From Candidatus Thorarchaeota archaeon (lineage in GTDB: Archaea > Asgardarchaeota > Thorarchaeia > Thorarchaeales > Thorarchaeaceae): a stretch of DNA of 11,100 bases. The notes below the pieces were generated by a model. It had not been told where the DNA came from. It made no database searches and saw nothing but the letters and a program-made list of their open reading frames with translations. The translations under genes and the position numbers were made by a program. The stretch is taken from positions 1 to 11,100 of the forward strand of contig JAOUFI010000075.1 in the NCBI GenBank assembly GCA_029858305.1, given 5' to 3'. Below are positions 1 to 7,488 of the stretch, one piece after another; position 1 is the first letter of the stretch; each line of letters begins with the position of its first letter.

Positions 1-2
1 AC

Positions 3-1298
3 CCAGTACTCCCAGGAGCAGTTATACGTCCAGCAAATGCAGCAGAGGTTTCTGAAATTCTAAAAGCCGCTAGTAATTATAATGTACCAGTAACTGCAAG
101 ATCTGGAGGCTCTAGCCTTCAAGAAGAGGCAATCCCGGAACCTGATGGTCTAGTTGTTGAACTGATGCGACTCACTGAGATCACTCTCCACAAGGAACTT
201 CGCTCCGTAACAGTTGGTGCTGGTGTGACCTATGGGATGCTAGAGAAAACACTCAAAGATAACAACCTCTTCCTCCCCGTCTATCCAGAATCAGCACTTG
301 TCTGCACGGTAGCTGGTAATGTTGCGGTGAATGGTGCAGGTCCTGGTTCAAGCGGATTTGGGTGCACAGGAGAGCTTGTGCTCGGAATGGAGGTTGTCCT
401 ACCCGATGGAAGAATTATCCAAACTGGCTCAGAAGCCAATCCGAATGCGCCTGGACCATTTCAGAGGTATGCCTTTGGACCAGATCTTACAGGAGTGTTC
501 ATTGGTTCCCTCGGGAGCTTTGGAATAATAACCAAGGTTTCCATGAAGACCTTTAGAAGATACGAGTATTTTGAGCACAATACCTTTGGTTTTGATACTC
601 ACAAACAAGCAGAGCAATTCTTGGTTGCTATCAAGAATCACGATATCAATGGTATCTTTACATCTCTATATGAAGGGCCAGTGCTCGAGATGTTCATGGA
701 CATGATTGGGGATGAACTTGGTATCCCGAAATATGAGTGGCCTTTCCGAACAGTGTCTATGACTATAGGCCGAATCAGAGAGGACATGGCAAGGAGTGAT
801 GGCGAATTAGCAAAGAAACTCTGCGAGGAGAATGGGGGTCATGTGATTGGGATCGTGGAACTCCCGAAGAGTGAATGGGAGGGAAGACTCTGGTTCTTTG
901 TTCGCGCCTGTTATGTTCACGGATGGCACTGGAGGACTCTGTATCACCACCAAACACCGACGAATGCACATCGATCCGTCGAAGAGATACGGAAGGCCAT
1001 GGACAAGTATGGTATTCTTGGACACACCGCAGGCTTTCAGGTTGGTCACTCCTCCTTCAACGCATATCCGCACCTCTACTTCGATCCACAAGACAGGGAG
1101 GATGAGCAGAAGGTCCGTGATGCTCACAGGGAACTTGCCTCAACCCTATTCAGAACGGGAGCAGTACCATTCAAGTTAGCCGAATATTGGAAAGACGCCA
1201 TTGAAGGGATGGATACCTACATGGCATTTCTTGGGCTTGTGAAGAAGACGATTGACAGCAATGGAATCATGAACCCACGAGTTCTGGGAGGTCTCTGA
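3..1298 (+). CDS. FAD-binding oxidoreductase, GlcD/FAD-linked oxidase (VAO/PCMH) family; 5' truncated by the window edge
   Basis: The frame is open from position 3 (PVLPGAVIRPANAAEVSEILKAASNYNVPVTARSGGSSL), a typical FAD_binding_4 start, so the ATG at 165 is internal. Further family motifs: VTVGAGV, TVAGNVAVNGAG, VLGMEVVLPDG, GPDLTGVFIGSLGSFGIITK and C-terminal KKTIDSNGIMNP. Confidence 0.9.
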   Translation, partial: PVLPGAVIRPANAAEVSEILKAASNYNVPVTARSGGSSLQEEAIPEPDGLVVELMRLTEITLHKELRSVTVGAGVTYGMLEKTLKDNNLFLPVYPESALVCTVAGNVAVNGAGPGSSGFGCTGELVLGMEVVLPDGRIIQTGSEANPNAPGPFQRYAFGPDLTGVFIGSLGSFGIITKVSMKTFRRYEYFEHNTFGFDTHKQAEQFLVAIKNHDINGIFTSLYEGPVLEMFMDMIGDELGIPKYEWPFRTVSMTIGRIREDMARSDGELAKKLCEENGGHVIGIVELPKSEWEGRLWFFVRACYVHGWHWRTLYHHQTPTNAHRSVEEIRKAMDKYGILGHTAGFQVGHSSFNAYPHLYFDPQDREDEQKVRDAHRELASTLFRTGAVPFKLAEYWKDAIEGMDTYMAFLGLVKKTIDSNGIMNPRVLGGL

Positions 1299-1300
1299 CA

Positions 1301-2464
1301 ATGACTGATGTTGATATGGATGAATTGATGGAAAATCTTGCACAGTGTCGAAGATGCGGCATATGCCGAAATGCAGTCTATGAAGATAGGGGTTTCAATG
1401 GAGTTTGCCCAGTCTGGAAAAATTCCTCTGGTTTTGAAACCAGCTTCATGCGTGGGAGACTACAGGTAGCTATCGCTCTTCTTGAAGGAAGACTTGAGAA
1501 GACAGCAGAGAACGCAGAGTCACTCTACACATGTACACTCTGTGGCAATTGTACTGCAATATGTGCTGCTGAATTTGATCCTACACGCTGTCTTGAAAAT
1601 GTTCGAGAAATCCTTAATGAGATTCCTAACGAATCTCGGGATGAAATTGCAAAGAAGATACAGATTTACAATAATCCGTATTCAGAGAATAATAGTTCAC
1701 GGCGTAGTTGGGCTGTTGACATTGGTTTTGATATCCCAAGCACAGGAGAAGTGCTCTATTTCACAGGTTGCACAGCTGGCTTGAAATTGCCTGAAACAGC
1801 GAAATCCACAGCTCATGTATTGAGGGCTGCAGGAGTCGATTTTGCAGTCTTAGAGGATGAACCGTGTTGTGGTAGTGTTATGATACGTACAGGAAGAAGT
1901 GACAGTGCTAGGGAAAATGCAAAACGGGTTCTTGAGAAGATCAGGAACTCTGGTGCAGAAACCGTTATTGTTTCCTGCGCTGGATGTCTAAAAACTCTTC
2001 GAGAAGATTACAACGAACGCTTTGGCTTGGACATGCCTAAAGTCTTGCATGTGATTGAATACCTCCTGCCGATGATTCAGAATAAGAAATTGAAACTGAA
2101 ACCTTTTGAAAAACCTGTTAAGATATCTTGGCACGATCCCTGCCACATGGGCAGAGCTCTAGGAATCTATGAAGAACCTCGAGAGATTATCAGGGCAATC
2201 CCTAATGTTGAACTAGTCGAAATGGATACGAATCGAGCTGCAACAATGTGCTGTGGAGCTGGTGGAGGATTACGGTCGTATGATGGAGAGATTGCAAAGA
2301 AAATTGCGTCTGATAGAATCAAGAGTGCACAAGAAATCGGAGCTGACATTCTCGCAACAGCTTGCCCGTTCTGTGAACATAATCTGAAGGATGGCGCAGA
2401 ACGAATAGAAAGCAAAATCAAAATAGTAGACATCCTAGACCTACTTTCTCAACAACTCGAATGA
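1301..2464 (+). CDS. (Fe-S)-binding protein, GlcF/HdrD-like: 4Fe-4S dicluster plus two cysteine-rich CCG domains
   Basis: Ferredoxin-type motifs CRRCGIC...CP and CTLCGNCTAIC. CCG domain 1: YFTGC...EPCCG...SCAGC. CCG domain 2: WHDPCH...CCGAGGG...TACPFC. Only 2 nt separate it from the oxidoreductase stop, so they are probably co-transcribed. Confidence 0.92.
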   Translation: MTDVDMDELMENLAQCRRCGICRNAVYEDRGFNGVCPVWKNSSGFETSFMRGRLQVAIALLEGRLEKTAENAESLYTCTLCGNCTAICAAEFDPTRCLENVREILNEIPNESRDEIAKKIQIYNNPYSENNSSRRSWAVDIGFDIPSTGEVLYFTGCTAGLKLPETAKSTAHVLRAAGVDFAVLEDEPCCGSVMIRTGRSDSARENAKRVLEKIRNSGAETVIVSCAGCLKTLREDYNERFGLDMPKVLHVIEYLLPMIQNKKLKLKPFEKPVKISWHDPCHMGRALGIYEEPREIIRAIPNVELVEMDTNRAATMCCGAGGGLRSYDGEIAKKIASDRIKSAQEIGADILATACPFCEHNLKDGAERIESKIKIVDILDLLSQQLE

Positions 2465-2471
2465 AAAATAT

Positions 2472-2520
2472 GGAATCCAACAGGCAAGTGATTGAGTAGA
2501 ATTGTTAATGGATTCCTTTT
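2472..2520 (+). terminator. Possible terminator hairpin between convergent genes
   Basis: Inverted repeat GGAATCCA (2472-2479) / TGGATTCC (2509-2516), followed by TTTT and preceded by AAAAA (2464-2468), in the convergent intergenic gap. Confidence 0.35.
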
Positions 2521-2545
2521 CGCATGTCAATCTGTGAGTGTATTT

Positions 2546-3001
2546 CTATATTGGGCTTAAGAACCACATTCGGTAGGTCTCATAAAACAAGAGAGCAATG
2601 GTTGATAAGACCACAAACAAGAACAGGATGTCCTTCCCATCCGGCGGCATAGACATGAAGAACATCACATACGGCACAAGAATACAGACTAAAAAAGATG
2701 CTAAGAACACAAAACGTGGCAGAAAATGTCTGCCCAACTGAACGAACAAGCTAAGTGAACCTACCCGCACATCTTTCTTGATTGAGTATTCTCCAAATTC
2801 ATCTTTTTTGATTAGATTAGCATCCATAAGTTTGGCAAGATGATGGATGACCAAGCTAGGACTCGAAAAATTTAGAATGTGTTGTATATCTCGCATCCGC
2901 ATTGAATCACGTGTAAGGAGTAATGCATACACCTTCATAGTCTTACCATTGAGCAACTCGGCTACTTGCTTGTCATCAATTCTATTGGACATTTTTTTCA
3001 C
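2546..3001 (-). CDS. Winged-helix (ArsR-like) transcriptional regulator with two C-terminal transmembrane helices
   Basis: N-terminal wHTH (KTMKVYALLL...MRMRDIQHILNFSSPSLVIHHLAKLMDANLIKKDEFGEYSI), then hydrophobic segments FVFLASFLVCILVPYVMFF and ILFLFVVLSTIALLFY. Start is GTG 3001 or ATG 2992, with a GGAG RBS-like motif overlapping the upstream gene's stop. Confidence 0.8.
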   Translation of the reverse strand: MKKMSNRIDDKQVAELLNGKTMKVYALLLTRDSMRMRDIQHILNFSSPSLVIHHLAKLMDANLIKKDEFGEYSIKKDVRVGSLSLFVQLGRHFLPRFVFLASFLVCILVPYVMFFMSMPPDGKDILFLFVVLSTIALLFYETYRMWFLSPI

Positions 3002-3007
3002 CCACTC

Positions 3008-3871
3008 CTATTCCAATGATTGCTGCCGGCTCACAACATAAATCACACTAAGAATAATCGTTCCCAAGATAAATGGTATCGCTGTAATTGGGAGAATCAT
3101 CATTCTTTCCTCGATACTTGGAGTATTAGTGTCAATACTATCATCATCAGCTGATTGTATAACTTGAGTGAATTGAATTGTCACAGAATCTGTTCCAAAT
3201 TGCAAATCATCCATTGATGATGCTTCAAAGATATACTCGATGATCCATTCATCATCAACTAGAGTAAAATTCACTCCAAGAGCAAGAGTAGTTGGACCAC
3301 AGGCAAAGTTAGTTCCATCTTTGAAATATACCTTGAGTGTATGAAACTCGAGAATAAATCCAGCCATTGTTAAATTGTTCAAGTCACTCTCGCGAATGTA
3401 TCCAATATGCATGCCAAATTTCGAGTCAGAATCCCATTCTACAGAACCAGAGCTTGCTGATGCAGATGCAGTTCTATTTTCCCAATCATCGTACAATCTA
3501 GTTTCTCCAAGGTATGCAAAAGAATAATACTTGAGTTCATCATAACCAATTCCAACGGCATCTGTTTTGTTGAACCCATTATGTATCTGTAACCTCTCAG
3601 TAAATACACCCATTGGAAAATCGATTGTATCATTTAGAAATCCGAATTCGAGGTTTCCAACGATTTGGGTTCCCTGCGAGCCACTGTCAATTATAATTGT
3701 TAAAGGAGCGGTAGGAAGACCTGTCCAATGCACATAGTCTTTAGGTTCATCATCAACGATTTGTGGTTGTTCTGAAAATATTGCCGCAATAAGAACTATT
3801 GAAGCAAGAAGTGCTGCAATAATTACTACAGTTACGAGTATCCTGCGAATATCTCTATTATATCGTTGCAT
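3008..3871 (-). CDS. Hypothetical membrane/surface protein with N- and C-terminal transmembrane anchors
   Basis: 287-aa ORF with an N-terminal hydrophobic helix (ILVTVVIIAALLASIVLIAAIF), an acidic, probably beta-rich middle domain containing five N-x-T sequons (NDT, NKT, NRT, NLT, NFT), and a C-terminal helix (ILPITAIPFILGTIILSVIYVV). Confidence 0.75.
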   Translation of the reverse strand: MQRYNRDIRRILVTVVIIAALLASIVLIAAIFSEQPQIVDDEPKDYVHWTGLPTAPLTIIIDSGSQGTQIVGNLEFGFLNDTIDFPMGVFTERLQIHNGFNKTDAVGIGYDELKYYSFAYLGETRLYDDWENRTASASASSGSVEWDSDSKFGMHIGYIRESDLNNLTMAGFILEFHTLKVYFKDGTNFACGPTTLALGVNFTLVDDEWIIEYIFEASSMDDLQFGTDSVTIQFTQVIQSADDDSIDTNTPSIEERMMILPITAIPFILGTIILSVIYVVSRQQSLE

Positions 3872-3883
3872 GAATATCCCTTG

Positions 3884-3914
3884 AGAATAACATGATACAT
3901 TTTGTATTTATTCT
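3884..3914. promoter_or_regulatory. Imperfect inverted repeat over the likely promoter of the 3871-2546 operon (candidate operator)
   Basis: AGAATAA-catg-ATACA-ttt-TGTAT-TTATTCT. It overlaps a minus-strand TAAATA box (3905-3910) about 35 nt upstream of ATG 3871. Confidence 0.3.
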
Positions 3915-4017
3915 ATTCATTGAAATCAGGTTTTTAGTTCATTATGTAGTTATTCAATTCGTTGAATATTTAGTAAACACAGGACAATATGTGTTCTTAG
4001 AGGTGTAGAAGAAGTAG

Positions 4018-4257
4018 TGGACGAAGGCCAACAGCCTATATTTAGGGCCCATTTTGGGGCTCGAGGTCCACCCTCTCTTTTCTCTTTAAGCATGAGTGGT
4101 GCTCGCTAAACACACTGTTCTGGTATCTCCCTGAACCTTTTCGGTGAGAGACGAATCTCCGACGTCGGGACATTCGTATAGACCTGTTCAGTGCATCTGC
4201 GCCGTTCCCACGACTACCGACGACGCACGGAGCAACATGGTGTCGGCCAATCGTCCA
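4018..4257 (-). ncRNA. Candidate structured non-coding RNA (~240 nt) of unknown family
   Basis: The 5' and 3' ends pair (UGGACGA-UU-GGCCGACA / UGUUGGCC-U-UCGUCCA) and enclose seven further helices. Eight G-U wobbles form on the minus strand only. GC is about 54% by hand count versus about 22% at 3901-3960. A TATA-like TTTATG lies 25-30 nt upstream and a pyrimidine-rich tract follows the 3' end. Confidence 0.6.
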
Positions 4258-4377
4258 ATAAATACATACGTAAAATATCAACATAAACTCTTCCTCCGCA
4301 ACAACAAACATCTAACTATTCTATATCAATAGAATAGTATATAAGAGAACGACAAGAAATGACCAGAAGAACCAGAG

Positions 4378-5454
4378 GTGGCACTATTGGACGGAATTAA
4401 AGTTGCTATTGTTGGAGTTGGAAATGTCGCAAGCGCTCTAGTCCAAGGAGTAGAGTACTATAAAGATGCAAAAACGGATGGAGATGTGCCCGGACTTGCG
4501 CATCCAGACTTCGCAGGGTTCCATGTGAGAGATATTGAGTTTGTTGCAGCTTTTGATGTTGCAGACACGAAGGCCGGATTTGACCTTTCTGAAGCAATCT
4601 TTGCGAAACCCAATAATGTGATGCGATTTTCAAAGGTCCCAAAGACTGGGATCAAAGTTCAGAAAGGACCTCTGCTTGATGGCGTCGATAAAATATTGAA
4701 AGCACTTGTTAGTGTATCAAATGCTCCAGATGCAGATGCTGTTCAGGTGCTACGTGAATCAAAGGCGGAAATCCTGCTCAATCTCTTACCAGGCTCAGCA
4801 GAAGAGGCGACAAAGTACTATGCACAGGTAGCTCTTGATGCGGGGTGTGCATACATCAATGGAACCCCAATTCCAATCGCATCCGACCTTGAATGGAGCA
4901 AGAAATTTGAAGAGAAAGGAATTCCACTCGTTGGTGACGACATTCAAGACCAACTTGGCTCAACTGTTTTACATCGTAGTATTCTCCAACTCTTGGTAGC
5001 AAGAGGTGTGAGAGTAGATAAGAGCTATCAGCTCGATGTCGGCGGTGGTGCAGAGTCTCTCGACTCACACTACAGAGGCAGAATGAGAAAGAGAGGCGTA
5101 AAGAGTGAAGCTATTAGCCAAGATCTCCCCTATGACGCACCTCTCGTCGCGGGTTCATCAGATTATGTAGATTTCATGGATAATGCCCGTGATTCGTTCT
5201 TCTACATTAATGGTCGTCAATTCGGTGGTGCACCTATTAAGATCGATATCAGAATGGAAGTCACAGATGGCCCTAATGCAGGTCCAATTCTGCTTGATGC
5301 AATAAGAGGCACAAAATTGGCTTTAAAGCGAGGAATTGGAGGTTCACTTGAATCAATATCAGCATATGGTTTCAAAATGCCGCCAACTCCTACGACTATG
5401 TACAGAGCAGAACGTTGGGTTGAAGAGTTCCTCTTAGGAAAAAGAAAACTCTAG
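4378..5454 (+). CDS. ino1: myo-inositol-1-phosphate synthase family protein (divergent active-site motifs)
   Basis: IKVAIVGVGNVASALVQGVEYY, DIEFVAAFDV, DLSEAIFAKPNN, YINGTP, GIPLVGDD, SDYV, DGPN and final FKMPP are characteristic of archaeal/actinobacterial MIPS. Start is GTG 4378, or TTG 4387 with GAGGTG as its RBS. Confidence 0.88.
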   Translation: MALLDGIKVAIVGVGNVASALVQGVEYYKDAKTDGDVPGLAHPDFAGFHVRDIEFVAAFDVADTKAGFDLSEAIFAKPNNVMRFSKVPKTGIKVQKGPLLDGVDKILKALVSVSNAPDADAVQVLRESKAEILLNLLPGSAEEATKYYAQVALDAGCAYINGTPIPIASDLEWSKKFEEKGIPLVGDDIQDQLGSTVLHRSILQLLVARGVRVDKSYQLDVGGGAESLDSHYRGRMRKRGVKSEAISQDLPYDAPLVAGSSDYVDFMDNARDSFFYINGRQFGGAPIKIDIRMEVTDGPNAGPILLDAIRGTKLALKRGIGGSLESISAYGFKMPPTPTTMYRAERWVEEFLLGKRKL

Positions 5455-5459
5455 GAAAT

Positions 5460-5864
5460 CTAGCTGTGAGCTTTCTCGTACTCTTCTAGAAGTGTCTTTA
5501 GGTCATCCAGATTGGAGAACACTGAGAACTCTGTTTCCGCTCCAATCTCCTGGAGAATCTCATTGAAAGCAATGATGCTTTCATAATCAGTTTGGAAAGT
5601 AGCTTTTGCTTCTTCAGTTGTCGCTTTTGGATCATATACAACAATCCGATTCTCAGGCTCGAAGTTGACAACGATACTGCGGTCCAAGTACATTACTTTC
5701 TTGCATTTCGGACATTGAACTCGATTGGCCTTTCCAATCTTCAAGGCCTTGATAATCTCACGGTCTTCTGAGAGATCGATATGTTCTATCACTTGAGTCT
5801 CGAAGACGCTCTTGCACTTCTCACACTTGATCTCTGCTATACTTGTTCCGGTCAAACTAGTCAC
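5460..5864 (-). CDS. CpXC domain-containing (probable zinc-binding) protein
   Basis: IKCEKCKSVFETQVIEHID...GKANRVQCPKCKKVMYLD...IVVYDP matches the CpXC layout (CxxC, about 33 aa, CPxC). An alternative TTG start at 5855 follows an AGGTGA RBS. Confidence 0.75.
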   Translation of the reverse strand: MTSLTGTSIAEIKCEKCKSVFETQVIEHIDLSEDREIIKALKIGKANRVQCPKCKKVMYLDRSIVVNFEPENRIVVYDPKATTEEAKATFQTDYESIIAFNEILQEIGAETEFSVFSNLDDLKTLLEEYEKAHS

Positions 5865-5957
5865 CTAGAATTAGCGTGAAAGTCTTTTCCTATTCACTTA
5901 AGATTTCCGTAGTAGGTATTAATAATGAAGTTATCCATTTGCACAACGAAAATGGTC

Positions 5958-6593
5958 TTAGTTTTCCATTTTCCCTGATTCATTCTCATCATCATCAAAA
6001 ATCTCTGTTTCGAGGATATCCTGAAGCATATCTGACTCTTTGCCCTCAGTCTTTCGTTTTAATAAGAATCCAGTAATTAATGCAGTAAGAGCAATTGAAG
6101 CTAATACTATAGGCATTGACTCGAAATAGCTACCGACACTGTATCCTATCAATGCACCTATGACTGTGACTGTTACTTTTCCAATAAAATAGCTAAATAG
6201 GAATTTTACAGGACTATATCTCGCAAAACCCACATATACAATGAGCGGATCATCAGGGACTGGAGATGCTGCGGCAATAAAGAGAGCTATAGCTCCCCAT
6301 TTTTCAACCCTCTGTTTCTCAGAATCTAGTGAAGCTAGACGTTCATCGGAGAGAACAGCCCGTGATCCTCGGACAACAAAGAAATGTATCAATTTAGCGG
6401 TAGTAGCTGAAATTGCGACAACAATGCCAACAATGAAAGGATTAAAACTTGGTAAAAGTAGCATTGCTGCACCTGCGAGGACCATGTTGCTTGGGCTTAG
6501 AAATGGGATCATATTAATTATGAAACAAACAATCAGAAGGCCAAAATAGCCTTGACTAATCATATCACTAATGAATAGAATGATGTCTTGCAT
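5958..6593 (-). CDS. DedA/VTT (SNARE-associated Golgi protein-like) family membrane protein
   Basis: Multiple hydrophobic helices, with NMIPFLSPS and LFIAAASPVPDDPLIVYVGFARYSPVKFLFSYFIGK typical of archaeal VTT-domain proteins; acidic C-terminal tail. Confidence 0.8.
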   Translation of the reverse strand: MQDIILFISDMISQGYFGLLIVCFIINMIPFLSPSNMVLAGAAMLLLPSFNPFIVGIVVAISATTAKLIHFFVVRGSRAVLSDERLASLDSEKQRVEKWGAIALFIAAASPVPDDPLIVYVGFARYSPVKFLFSYFIGKVTVTVIGALIGYSVGSYFESMPIVLASIALTALITGFLLKRKTEGKESDMLQDILETEIFDDDENESGKMEN

Positions 6594-6642
6594 CTACAAA
6601 ACACCCAAATTGAATGAAAGTGACGACAGAGTGCTTCCTATC

Positions 6643-7065
6643 CTAAACATCGACTTTCTTAATTATTACCCTTTGAACTCCGTCTAAGACATTGAGAGAA
6701 CTCTCAAGCTCGCTCAAATCAGAACTGAGTTGGTTGGGATTGAAATAGCACTCGTAAAAACAACGTGTTCCTCGAAGACAAACTCCTGTGGAGAATAGCA
6801 AATCGACCAATCCTGCCCTCTTAAAAATCTGAGATAGTTTTGTGAGAAAATCATTACTTAATTTTCCAATCTCAAGACTCAAGAAGAGGACCTCGTCACT
6901 ATCTAGAGGAAAAATCTTGATGAGACGATCTTTGTGCACTAGCACCATTAGACCACGATCTGTTCCCATTGCATTCTTGAATGAAGTCGGAAATTTGACC
7001 GACTCGCCTTCACTGAATAAAAGTACTCTTCCAGCTGTTGCTCCTTCATAGGAATCCTCTGACAT
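6643..7065 (-). CDS. Putative regulator: AbrB/SpoVT-like N-terminal domain plus C-terminal ACT-like domain
   Basis: The N-terminal EGESVKFPTSFKNAMG...LMVLVHKDRLIKIFP resembles a swapped-hairpin domain. The C-terminal LSLEI..LSNDFLTKLSQIF...LSELESSLNVLDGVQRVII has the beta-alpha-beta-beta-alpha-beta ACT pattern. A GGTGA RBS lies 4 nt before the ATG. Confidence 0.55.
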   Translation of the reverse strand: MSEDSYEGATAGRVLLFSEGESVKFPTSFKNAMGTDRGLMVLVHKDRLIKIFPLDSDEVLFLSLEIGKLSNDFLTKLSQIFKRAGLVDLLFSTGVCLRGTRCFYECYFNPNQLSSDLSELESSLNVLDGVQRVIIKKVDV

Positions 7066-7223
7066 CTAATCACCGCGCGCCCTATTCTTTTCTCCGTAGG
7101 GAAATCCTGTTTATGAATGCATCCAAAACTCGAATATAAAAGCATCTAGTGTTTGATACATAATACTATACTAATGATGGTGCTCCTTTTCAATGTCTAT
7201 GAGTGACTATAAAATGAATCAAG

Positions 7224-7484
7224 TTGAAACTTACAGAAGATGAACGAACAGCTTTCTCAAAATTTAGAGATGTCTCAGAGCTCAGAATCCAGTTTCAATG
7301 TGAATACAGATTCTATCTCATGCAACAGAGAAACAAAGTGATGACTGAGGCAAGTATTGGCGGCACAATGCTACACAATCAAGTACTACCGTGCGAATTC
7401 GACGAGTCTCCAGCTCATAGCTGGATATCTTTTGGGATCATCATTCTGATTGTTGTTATTGGTATCATGTGGATAGTATGGTGA
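7224..7484 (+). CDS. N-terminal half of a split Cas4/Exo5-like nuclease, with C-terminal transmembrane helix
   Basis: DVSELRIQFQCEYRFYL...MTEASIGGTMLH matches the Cas4/Exo5/AddB N-terminal S..(Q)..C..r..L....T.a...G...H segment, including the first Fe-S Cys. It ends in WISFGIIILIVVIGIMWIVW. TTG start; an in-frame stop at 7215 limits upstream extension. Confidence 0.7.
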   Translation: MKLTEDERTAFSKFRDVSELRIQFQCEYRFYLMQQRNKVMTEASIGGTMLHNQVLPCEFDESPAHSWISFGIIILIVVIGIMWIVW

Positions 7485-7488
7485 TGAA

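Noticed and set aside
2465-2520. SECIS element downstream of the Fe-S gene
   Set aside because: Neither upstream gene has an in-frame TGA at a Cys position within the window, and the hairpin lacks clear SECIS motifs; a terminator is the simpler explanation.
4018-4257. SRP RNA, tRNA or tmRNA identity for the element (it ends in CCA)
   Set aside because: No SRP helix-8 CAGG..GNRA..AGCA motif, no Alu domain and no T-arm GTTCRA were found on either strand.
4015-4260. MITE interpretation of the 240-nt element (terminal inverted repeats flanked by TA)
   Set aside because: The repeats are imperfect in a way that yields G-U pairs on one strand only, the outermost bases mismatch, and there is no second copy or transposase in the window. 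Not fully excluded without a genome-wide search.
4042-4332. ORFs 4042-4311 (-) and 4144-4332 (+)
   Set aside because: No recognisable motifs or RBS, and both overlap the structured RNA candidate, which better explains the region's composition.
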